Source: Aquificales bacterium
GTDB taxonomy: Bacteria; Aquificota; Aquificia; Aquificales; QOAS01
Assembly (NCBI GenBank): GCA_027036735.1
Contig: JALWDU010000107.1
Coordinates: 1,037-65,036 of the forward strand
Direction of reading: 5' to 3'
DNA length: 64,000 nt
Both the position numbers and the translations under genes were made by a program. Positions 47,715 to 55,267 of the stretch are shown in pieces. Within the stretch, counting starts at the first letter, position 1. Each line of letters opens with the position of its first letter. The notes beneath the pieces are model-generated. The model did no database searches, was not told where the DNA came from, and saw only the letters and a list, made by a program, of their open reading frames with translations.

Positions 47715-48662
47715 TTGATGCGCTTTCTCGTTTACGGACTGGGCGCCATAGGTTCCGCCTTCGCCGCCTTCCTAAAGAGGGCGGGACACGAGGTCTACGC
47801 CGTAGGGAGGGAGAGAATAGTTAAACCGGTAAGGGAAAGGGGCTTAAGGGTAACCGGCATATGGGGGGACTTTACGGTCAACCTCGACGGGGTGGAAACC
47901 TCTTTGGACAGACTCCCCATTAGGGACTTCGATTTGGTTATCCTCTCCGTTAAGAGTTATGACACCGAAAGGGCTCTCGAAGACCTTTAAAGGGTAAATT
48001 TCAAATACCTCCTTTTAGCCCAAAACGGGTATGGGAATTACGAAAAAGCCGTTAAGAGGTTTGGAAAGGAAAAGGTTATCCTCTCGAGGGTGATATTTGG
48101 GGCGGAAATTCCCGAGCCGGGAACGGTGAAAATAACGGTTATAGCCGCACCGGTGGTAATAGGAAACCCCGACGGGGCTATCCCCGAAGGGGAGCTTATA
48201 AAAATAGCCGAGACCATAAATAGGGCTGGCATTCCGACCGAATACTCCCCCGATGTCTATAAATACCTGTGGGACAAGATACTCTACAACAGCGCCCTAA
48301 ACCCGCTTGGGGCACTGCTGGAGACCAATTACGGAACGCTGGCGCAAATTCCCGAAACAAGGGAACTTATGAACTCGATAATCCGCGAGATTTTCGCCGT
48401 TGCGAAGGCTAAGGGCATAGACCTCTTTTGGAACGACGCCGAGGAGTATATCGAACACTTTTACAAAAATCTAATCCCGCCTACGGCGGGGCATTACCCC
48501 TCGATGCTCCAAGATATAAGGGCTGGGAAGAGAACAGAGATAGACGCCCTGAACGGCGCCATAGTGAGGCTGGGGAGGGAGGTAAACGTCCCCACACCGG
48601 TCAACGAAACTATAACCAAACTGGTAAAGGCGAAGGAAAAAATCGTCTCAAAGGAGGGATAG
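47715..48662 (+). pseudogene. panE: 2-dehydropantoate 2-reductase (PanE/ApbA) reading frame interrupted by one in-frame TAA (47988-47990)
   Basis: Track ORFs 47715..47990 (GLGAIGSAFAAFL Rossmann) and 48090..48662 are in the same frame. The 99 nt between them also translate as PanE-like sequence (RVNFKYLLLAQNGYGNYEKA...). Confidence 0.7.
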
Positions 48663-49973
48663 GAGTTTGTCGATTTCCCCTTTGGTGCGCTTTTCGGTAA
48701 CCGCCACCAAAAGGGTGTTTTTAAGCTCGGGATAGAACCTCTCGAGGGGAATACCGAACATAAACTCCTCCTTGAAGAGTTTTTTCCTCTTATCCCCCGC
48801 CTCGGGGTGGGAAATGGGGAATTCCCACAGGAAGCGGTCGTTTTTGAAGGGATTTTTCCACCCCTTTTGGAGTAAGTTTTTGTAGAGGTATCTGGCTTTG
48901 GAGATGGAGAGTTTCGCAACCTCCCTTAGACCCTCTTTGCCCAAGAGGGCTATGTAGAGCAGGGCGCGGAGGGCGATAAGGTTTTGGTTGGAGCATATAT
49001 TCGAGGTAGCGCGCTCGCGGCGGATATGCTGTTCCCTCGTCTGCAATACGAGGGTAAAGGCACGTCTGCCCTCTACATCCTCCGCCATGCCGACCAGCCT
49101 ACCGGGCATTTTGCGGACATATTTCTGTCGGGTGGCGAAAAATCCGAGATAGGGACCCCCGAAGTAGAGGGGTGTGCCGAGTTGCTGTCCCTCACCGACG
49201 ACTATATCGGCGCCAAACTCGGCGGGCGGTTTCAACACCGCAAGGGCTACCGGGTCGGCTACCACCACGAGGGGAACGCCGTATCTTTGGGCTAGCTCTC
49301 CAATCTCCTCAAGCGGTTCCACAAAACCGAAGAAGTTGGTATATTGCACCGCCAGGGCGTGGACTTCGTCATTTTTTAAAACTTCCTCAAGGCGGTTTAG
49401 GTCTGTTATTCCCCCTTCCGTGTAGGGGATTTCCTCGATTTTGTCCCTATACCCGTAGAGGTAGGTTTTTACCACTTCCCTATATAAGGGGTGAATGGTG
49501 CCTGTCAAAACGACCGTGTTCCCTTTACCCTTTATGGCGCGTGCCATTAAGACCGCCTCGGCTAGGGCGCTTGCGCCGTCATACATCGAGGCGTTTGCCA
49601 CATCCATACCGGTCAGTTCCGCAACAACGGTCTGATACTCGAAAATCGCCGTCAGCGTTCCCTGGGAAACCTCCGGCTGATAGGGGGTATAGGAGGTTAA
49701 AAATTCCCCCCTTCCCACTATGTGGTCTATGGCGGCGGGTATGTAGCGGTCGTATGCCCCCGCACCCGCAAATATCTTGAGCTGTCGGTTCTTATTTGCC
49801 AAACCTTTAAAGGTCTCCGATATTTCCAATTCCGACTTGGGTTCGGGAAGGTTTAGTTCTCCCTCGAAGAGGAGGGTTTTATCTATGTGCGAATAGAGGT
49901 CTTCAAAATTTTTAGCACCTACGGAGGAAAGCATTTCCCTCTCTTCGTCCGACGAGTGGGGGATGTATGCCAT
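48648..49973 (-). CDS. gcvPA: Glycine dehydrogenase (aminomethyl-transferring) subunit 1
   Basis: MAYIPHSSDEEREMLSSVG ... SYTPYQPEVSQGTL is typical of GcvPA. Start set at the internal Met (CAT 49971-49973). Confidence 0.85.
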   Translation of the reverse strand: MAYIPHSSDEEREMLSSVGAKNFEDLYSHIDKTLLFEGELNLPEPKSELEISETFKGLANKNRQLKIFAGAGAYDRYIPAAIDHIVGRGEFLTSYTPYQPEVSQGTLTAIFEYQTVVAELTGMDVANASMYDGASALAEAVLMARAIKGKGNTVVLTGTIHPLYREVVKTYLYGYRDKIEEIPYTEGGITDLNRLEEVLKNDEVHALAVQYTNFFGFVEPLEEIGELAQRYGVPLVVVADPVALAVLKPPAEFGADIVVGEGQQLGTPLYFGGPYLGFFATRQKYVRKMPGRLVGMAEDVEGRRAFTLVLQTREQHIRRERATSNICSNQNLIALRALLYIALLGKEGLREVAKLSISKARYLYKNLLQKGWKNPFKNDRFLWEFPISHPEAGDKRKKLFKEEFMFGIPLERFYPELKNTLLVAVTEKRTKGEIDKLLSLL

Positions 49974-50084
49974 AAGGCTACCTATTTTAGGTCTCTCTTT
50001 AGGGAAACAAGATGGGGTTTTGGAAATAATAGCCCTATCTTTTAGGGGTATTACTAACCTAAAATTGGTGGGAGGAGCGTTAAA

Positions 50085-50297
50085 GTGCAAAAGTTTTTTG
50101 AGGAATTTGGCAAACATATGCTAAATTTTGCGTTAGCCCTTATCGTTGCCTTGGTTTTTCAACCTGTAGTAAACGGACATTTCAACTTTAAATTTGCCCT
50201 TTGGGCTATCATCGGTTATGTAAGCCTGATAGCGGGGAGTTTAGCATTCTTTTGGTTAAGCGATAGATTAGAAAATAGAAAGGGCAGGGAGGATTAA
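50085..50297 (+). CDS. Small membrane protein (70 aa, two hydrophobic segments)
   Basis: GTG start with GGGAGGAG 7 nt upstream. AT-rich. Followed 3 nt later by the 36-aa peptide gene. Confidence 0.5.
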   Translation: MQKFFEEFGKHMLNFALALIVALVFQPVVNGHFNFKFALWAIIGYVSLIAGSLAFFWLSDRLENRKGRED

Positions 50298-50300
50298 GTT

Positions 50301-50411
50301 ATGGAAAAGGGTCTTATTTATGCGCTTGTCCTTATTTGGTCTGTAGCGGTGTTTCTATTTATATTGGGAGTTTTGGAATTAAAACGGAAAGCCAAAGAAA
50401 GGCATACCTAA
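50301..50411 (+). CDS. Small membrane peptide (36 aa), paralog of 3792..3902
   Basis: Not in the ORF track. ATG with AGGGAGG upstream. Translation: MEKGLIYALVLIWSVAVFLFILGVLELKRKAKERHT. Confidence 0.55.
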   Translation: MEKGLIYALVLIWSVAVFLFILGVLELKRKAKERHT

Positions 50412-50507
50412 TAACAAATCGTTACTGGTTGCGTACCGAAAAATAAAGGTTTTCTCTGCGCAAAGCCCTTTGTCGCGCGTGAGGTCTTTTTTATCCTTAA
50501 GAGCTAA

Positions 50508-51002
50508 ATGGGTAAATACCGTTACGAGATTACAAAGGTCTACCGTTTCGAGGCGGGGCACAGAGTTTGGAACCAAAATCTGGCGGAGGGTAGGGGTTCG
50601 CAACTGAGCGGAAACGCCTGCCCTCCCGAAAACAAGTGCCGCCACCTTCACGGACACAGCTACGTTGTCGAGATAACCATAGGTTCCGATACCTTGGACG
50701 CCGATATGGTGATGGATTTTTACCACCTCAAAAGTGCGGTAAAGGAGCTTATCGACTACAGACTCGACCACTCGTTTATAGTGGACAGAAACGACCCCCT
50801 ATTTCCCCAACTAAAGGCTATGGCGGATGAGTTCGGTTTAAAACTCTTTGTGGTCGATTTCGTTCCCACCGCGGAGCGGCTCGCCGAATTTATCTACAAA
50901 TATCTAAAGAGGAAATTCGAAGAGGCGGGCGTCAAAGAGGTTGATGTGGTTAAGGTAGCCGTCTGGGAAACCGCCACCTCCAAGGCTGAATATTCGGAAT
51001 AA
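50508..51002 (+). CDS. queD: 6-carboxy-5,6,7,8-tetrahydropterin synthase (PTPS family)
   Basis: FEAGHRV ... CRHLHGHSY zinc/catalytic motif pattern. 164 aa. Confidence 0.75.
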   Translation: MGKYRYEITKVYRFEAGHRVWNQNLAEGRGSQLSGNACPPENKCRHLHGHSYVVEITIGSDTLDADMVMDFYHLKSAVKELIDYRLDHSFIVDRNDPLFPQLKAMADEFGLKLFVVDFVPTAERLAEFIYKYLKRKFEEAGVKEVDVVKVAVWETATSKAEYSE

Positions 51003-51126
51003 CCTCCAAAGGGATATGAATAAAAAAGTCCGCCTCAAGGATGGGGAAATAGAAACCATTAAAGGGGTCATCCTCTCCTTCGACCCTGATGCGGAAATAA
51101 TTCTCTTCGGTAGCCGCACCGATTTG

Positions 51127-51295
51127 GGTGACATCCTCCCCTCATCGAAGATGAGGGGCTTCCCGCTTCATCGTGGAGAGTATCCCCACTCCACGGGCGT
51201 TACTTTCCCGCAGTCCACGGGTAGGGCAGACTTTAGGCGGTCTGCCAGCGCCTTATTCTTCTTCGCCAACTGCTTTAGTCCAATCTTTAATATGT
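51127..51295 (-). ncRNA. Putative omega-RNA scaffold of TnpB element 2; 5' limit uncertain
   Basis: GC-rich structured segment covering the last ~40 codons of tnpB-2 plus the right end. Hairpins GTGGAG..CTCCAC and CCCCTCATC/GATGAGGGG. Shares blocks with the element 1 right end. Confidence 0.45.
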
Positions 51296-52421
51296 TCCAA
51301 GCTCCATTTAAATCTCTGTCAATTTCTAAACCGCATTTCGAGCATCTATAAGTCCTCTCGTTTAATTCAACTTTTTGCTTAAAACCACATCTACAACAAG
51401 TTTTCGTTGTTGCTTCATATTTCGGCACAAATTCTACAGGGATAAGGGTCGCAAGGTATTTCAGCCTTGCAGTTATTCCCCCTATCCCCGTGTTTTGAAT
51501 TTCTTTCCCAAACAATCCTTTGTGCCAACCTTTTATGTCATCTCTTTGAACCGCTATAAACGGAAACTTCTTTAAGTAGCTTATTACCTTGTTTTGAATG
51601 TCTTTTCTTTTGTTCTTAATATATTCCCATTCCTTTTGTATTAACTTTTTAACCTTTTGATAGTTTTTGCTCCCTTTCCTCTTTCTTGCCAAAATCTTTT
51701 GCAACCTTTTAAGCCTCTTCGTTTCGGGAATATACCACTTAAACCTCTCTCCCGTTGTTAAGGTTAGCTGGTATTTAATACCTAAATCTATACCTACTGG
51801 AATTGAGGTCTGCTTTTGCTTAATTTCCCTTAAAACTTCCTCTTTCCAAAGATAGCAAACTACATATAGATAAAAGCCCGAAGGCTTTTTAACCAGAAAA
51901 GCGTTTGCAATCTCTGAATTTTTAGGTATCTGGTGCAATCCCAAAACTCTAAACCACTTTTTAATGCCTTGAACTTTAACTCTGTTTCTTTTAAAGTCTA
52001 TTTTGTAGGTGATTCCGAACTGCTTTAGGGGAATGCTTTTAAAATCGGATTTAAATTGTAGTTTTCCTACCTTATGGCCTTGTCCCTTTAGTTTTTTCAA
52101 AGTTTTAAGGCTATTTTTAATCCTTTCAATAATGTCTTGTTTGACTTGAGAGCCTAAGAGTTTTAGCTCTCTTTTCTCAAAACCATTAAGAGTTTTAATT
52201 TCTACCACTTTAAGTTTTTCGGATAGTTTGTTTAATCGGCTGTCAATATCCGCGATGAGGTAGTTATAGAACCATTTAGCCTCTAAGAAAAGTCTTTCTA
52301 AGGTTTTTATGTCGGATTTAGAAAGGTTTTGGAGTTTTAGCTGAAAGACTTTGGGAGTTTGGAGTTTTCTTTTTTCTTTAGTTAGTTTAAGAGATTGTTT
52401 GATTTTATCGGCTTTAGTCAT
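51168..52421 (-). CDS. tnpB: TnpB (IS605 OrfB-family RNA-guided endonuclease homolog), 417 aa
   Basis: RuvC-I VGIDLGIKYQ, zinc ribbon CCRCG...CSKCG and RuvC-III DRDLNGAWNILK. Confidence 0.85.
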   Translation of the reverse strand: MTKADKIKQSLKLTKEKRKLQTPKVFQLKLQNLSKSDIKTLERLFLEAKWFYNYLIADIDSRLNKLSEKLKVVEIKTLNGFEKRELKLLGSQVKQDIIERIKNSLKTLKKLKGQGHKVGKLQFKSDFKSIPLKQFGITYKIDFKRNRVKVQGIKKWFRVLGLHQIPKNSEIANAFLVKKPSGFYLYVVCYLWKEEVLREIKQKQTSIPVGIDLGIKYQLTLTTGERFKWYIPETKRLKRLQKILARKRKGSKNYQKVKKLIQKEWEYIKNKRKDIQNKVISYLKKFPFIAVQRDDIKGWHKGLFGKEIQNTGIGGITARLKYLATLIPVEFVPKYEATTKTCCRCGFKQKVELNERTYRCSKCGLEIDRDLNGAWNILKIGLKQLAKKNKALADRLKSALPVDCGKVTPVEWGYSPR

Positions 52422-52694
52422 CGCTCCAAACGCCCTTAGATAGGGATTTTAAAACCTATCGGACGCCATTCATCCCTCCATCACAGAGGAGGAGCTTTCT
52501 AACGTGGAGTTTTGTAAAAAGGGAGGTGACATAGACCTCCTCGTGGTTTCTAAAAAAATAGGTTACCGCGAGAGGAGAAGGATAAGGGTCGAACTCCTAA
52601 AGCGGTTGGGCGACAGAAAAATAGACCTTTTGGTGGTTGGAGACCCCAAAGAAACCGTTTTTAGAAAATTAGCCTACAAATACGGGGTGAGGCT

Positions 52695-53171
52695 ATGACC
52701 TTTGAGGAGCGTCTTAGCCTCTTTTGCGAAAATTTGCGTTTATACCTCAAGAGTGTGGAGTGGTTAAAGGTTTCCATCGAAAGGTGCAAAAGTTTAGACC
52801 CCAAAGCGGAATGGAGTTTGGAAGACTACGAGAGGATAGAAACCTTGTTTTCCCGTTTTAGTAGGGCTGTTGATATTCTCCTTAATAAGGTTTTACGTTC
52901 GCTCGATATCCTCGAATTGGAGGAACCCCTGAGAAAACTGGATGTCGTTAATCGAGCCGAAAAGAGGGGTATAGTGGAGGATTACAACATCCTAATAGAG
53001 CTTAAGGATTTAAGGAACGAACTCGCCCGCGAATATATAGAGGAGGCTTTAAAGAACCGTTTGGAAGAGGTTATGGAAAAGAGTCTCCTCCTCTTGGAGA
53101 TAACCAAAAATTTAAAGGAATACGCCCAAAGGATGGAGTATTTGGAGGGTTGTCCCGAAATGGGGAATTGA
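52695..53171 (+). CDS. HEPN-like partner of the MNT gene (toxin-type component) with non-canonical RNxxxR motif
   Basis: ATGA start/stop overlap with the MNT C-fragment. All-helical 158-aa protein. LRNELAREY (53013-53036) sits where HEPN/DUF86 proteins carry RNxxxHxY. Confidence 0.55.
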   Translation: MTFEERLSLFCENLRLYLKSVEWLKVSIERCKSLDPKAEWSLEDYERIETLFSRFSRAVDILLNKVLRSLDILELEEPLRKLDVVNRAEKRGIVEDYNILIELKDLRNELAREYIEEALKNRLEEVMEKSLLLLEITKNLKEYAQRMEYLEGCPEMGN

Positions 53172-53184
53172 AATTTTCACCTTT

Positions 53185-53856
53185 ATGGGAAACGGTTTTA
53201 AAAACCTCCTCGTAGAGGTTTACAAAAAACTATTGGAGCATTTTGGAAAGCAAAACTGGTGGCCGGTGGATTGGGAATACCACCTAAGGGAGAGGACAAA
53301 CCCCTTCGACGAGGTCGTTATAGGTGCGATTCTTACACAAAACACCTCTTGGAGGAATGTGGAAAAAGCCCTCGAAAGGTTAAAGGCGAAGGGAAAACTA
53401 TCCTTGGTCTGGATTGAAAAGACTCCCTTGGAAGTTTTGGAAGAATTGGTTAAACCTGCCGGGTTCTACAGACAAAAGGCGCAACGTCTAAAGGAGATTG
53501 CCAAATTTATCCGTTCTGCCAAAGGGGGAGTGCCGCGGAGGGAAGACCTTTTAAAGGTTAAAGGGATAGGAAATGAAACCGCCGATGTGATACTCCTATA
53601 CGGATACCACCGACCGGAGTTTGTTATCGATAGGTACACCTTGAGGTGGCTAAAGAGGTTTCTCGGGGTGGAATGGGATTATTTAACCGCAAAGGGATTT
53701 TTTGAGGAAAACCTCCCGCCGAATGTGCCGGTTTACAAGGAGTTTCACGCCCTAATAGACGAATTGGCAAAAAATTACTGCAAGGCAAAAAAGGTGGAAT
53801 GCAAAAGATGCCCGCTAGCGCGGGAATGTGGGTTTAGAAGGGAAGGAGTTGGGTGA
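53185..53856 (+). CDS. Endonuclease III-related HhH-GPD family protein
   Basis: HhH motif LKVKGIGNETADVILLY and a C-terminal Cys cluster CKAKKVECKRCPLARECG. Confidence 0.75.
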   Translation: MGNGFKNLLVEVYKKLLEHFGKQNWWPVDWEYHLRERTNPFDEVVIGAILTQNTSWRNVEKALERLKAKGKLSLVWIEKTPLEVLEELVKPAGFYRQKAQRLKEIAKFIRSAKGGVPRREDLLKVKGIGNETADVILLYGYHRPEFVIDRYTLRWLKRFLGVEWDYLTAKGFFEENLPPNVPVYKEFHALIDELAKNYCKAKKVECKRCPLARECGFRREGVG

Positions 53857-55264
53857 AGGCGAGGGAGGCGTTTACAATGGGGGTTACCCATATTCCGAAT
53901 ACCACGCTCAGAAGGGCGAGCAAACCTATTGCCACGGTGGGTATTAGGAAAGAGGTATCCTTCGGTCTTTCAACCCCCTTGGGCTCCTCGAGATACATCT
54001 CCTTAATAATCCATAAGTAGTAGGCTACGGCGAAGGCGGAGTTTAGCAGTCCAACGAATGCCAACCACGCCATATTGGCGTCAACCGCCGCCTGGAAGAG
54101 GTAAACCTTTGCAATAAATCCGGCTGTGGGGGGAACTCCCGCCAGCGATAGAAGTAAAACGGTGAAAACAAATGCCATAAAGGGATTGACCTTTCCGAAA
54201 CCCCTCAGCTCCTCACGGGTTTTTATACCGTAGTAGTAAATCAGTAAGGTAACTATAAGGAACGCCCCCGCCTTCATAAGGATATAGGCAACCGCTTGGT
54301 AAACGATACCGGTCACGGCGAGTCCGGAGGCGGCGGCGGCAAAACCCACCAGTATATAGCCGGCGTGCGCTATGGAGGAATAAGCGAGTATCCTCGCAAC
54401 GCTCTGCTGGGCGAGGGCGAGGAGGTTACCTATCGTCATGGTTAAAACGGCAAGTACCGCGAAGAGGATAGCCCAATCTTCTTTCTGGAAGCTCAGCGCC
54501 TCGAAAAAGAGTCTGATAACGGGTATGGCAACGGCACTCTTGGTTATCCCCGCCAGGTATGCAGCAACGGATGCGGGGGCTCCGGTGTAAACGTCAGGTG
54601 CGTAGAAGTGGTAGGGGGCAAAGGACATTTTGAAACCTATAGCCGAGAGAATCGCAATAAAACCGAAGGCGAAGAAGAGCATACCGAAGGTATCGGTGGC
54701 GTGGAAAATCTTGTTAATCGCGGCAAACTGAAGGTCTCCGGTTATCGCGTAGACCACAAGTATACCGAACAGGAAAAATCCGGTCGCCAACGCGCCGTTG
54801 AAGAAATACTTGGTGGCGGCTTCGACCGTAATGGCGTTTAGCCTAGCCATTATCAGGTAGTAGGAGGGAATCGTCATAAGCTCCATGGCGACCAGCAGGG
54901 AGACGAAGTTATTCGCGTAAAGGGTCATTATTGCACCGGCGAGGGATATGGCGTAAACGCCCAAAATCTCGGGAAGGTTTTCAACCTCTTTAAGGGTGTT
55001 GTAAATGGTTACGAGAACCACCGCACCGGTAAACCATACGAAAACGGTCAGCAGTAAACTTGCGGCATCGGTGGTGAATAGATTGGGGTAGAGGGGATGT
55101 CCGTGGGTAAACCCGTAAATAAAGAGGACACCCGCTATTAGAAATACGACCATAAAGAGGTTTAAAAGCCACTCCCTGGACAACCTAAAGAGGTTTGCAA
55201 TTATGGGGACCAAAAGCCCCCCGAAGGCGAGGGTCAGTATTCCGCTAAATACCACGCAGTTCAT
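53834..55264 (-). CDS. nuoN: NADH-quinone oxidoreductase subunit N
   Basis: 476-aa antiporter-like polytopic protein, last gene of the nuo operon. Confidence 0.8.
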   Translation of the reverse strand: MNCVVFSGILTLAFGGLLVPIIANLFRLSREWLLNLFMVVFLIAGVLFIYGFTHGHPLYPNLFTTDAASLLLTVFVWFTGAVVLVTIYNTLKEVENLPEILGVYAISLAGAIMTLYANNFVSLLVAMELMTIPSYYLIMARLNAITVEAATKYFFNGALATGFFLFGILVVYAITGDLQFAAINKIFHATDTFGMLFFAFGFIAILSAIGFKMSFAPYHFYAPDVYTGAPASVAAYLAGITKSAVAIPVIRLFFEALSFQKEDWAILFAVLAVLTMTIGNLLALAQQSVARILAYSSIAHAGYILVGFAAAASGLAVTGIVYQAVAYILMKAGAFLIVTLLIYYYGIKTREELRGFGKVNPFMAFVFTVLLLSLAGVPPTAGFIAKVYLFQAAVDANMAWLAFVGLLNSAFAVAYYLWIIKEMYLEEPKGVERPKDTSFLIPTVAIGLLALLSVVFGIWVTPIVNASLAFTQLLPF

Positions 55265-55267
55265 CGC

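Larger units (their letters stand above)
51127..52506 (-). mobile_element. IS200/IS605-family TnpB element without tnpA (element 2); ends +/- ~4 bp
   Basis: AT-rich insert that splits the MNT gene. The left-end motif is the complement of 52473-52487 (TCTGTGATGGAGGGA). The right-end hairpin CCCCTCATC-GAA-GATGAGGGG is at 51138-51158. Confidence 0.75.
51016..52698 (+). pseudogene. Minimal nucleotidyltransferase (MNT-type antitoxin) gene split by IS insertion: N-fragment 51016-51126, C-fragment ~52507-52698
   Basis: The N-fragment ends ...AEIILFGSRTDL and the C-fragment resumes EFCKKGGDIDLLVVS... Joined, they give the GSx(10-11)DxD nucleotidyltransferase motif and a ~100-aa protein. Both fragments are in the same frame. 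Confidence 0.75.

Noticed and set aside
50412-50507. preQ1 riboswitch upstream of queD
   Set aside because: I looked for the short preQ1-I hairpin followed by an A-rich tail and found no convincing match. The only structure is a weak bulged hairpin plus T-run, which more likely terminates the upstream small-peptide operon.
51016-51351. 111-aa ORF as a genuine protein
   Set aside because: Only the first 37 codons are nucleotidyltransferase-like. The rest is read-through into the right end of the inserted TnpB element, antisense to the tnpB 3' end, so it is a chimeric product of the insertion.
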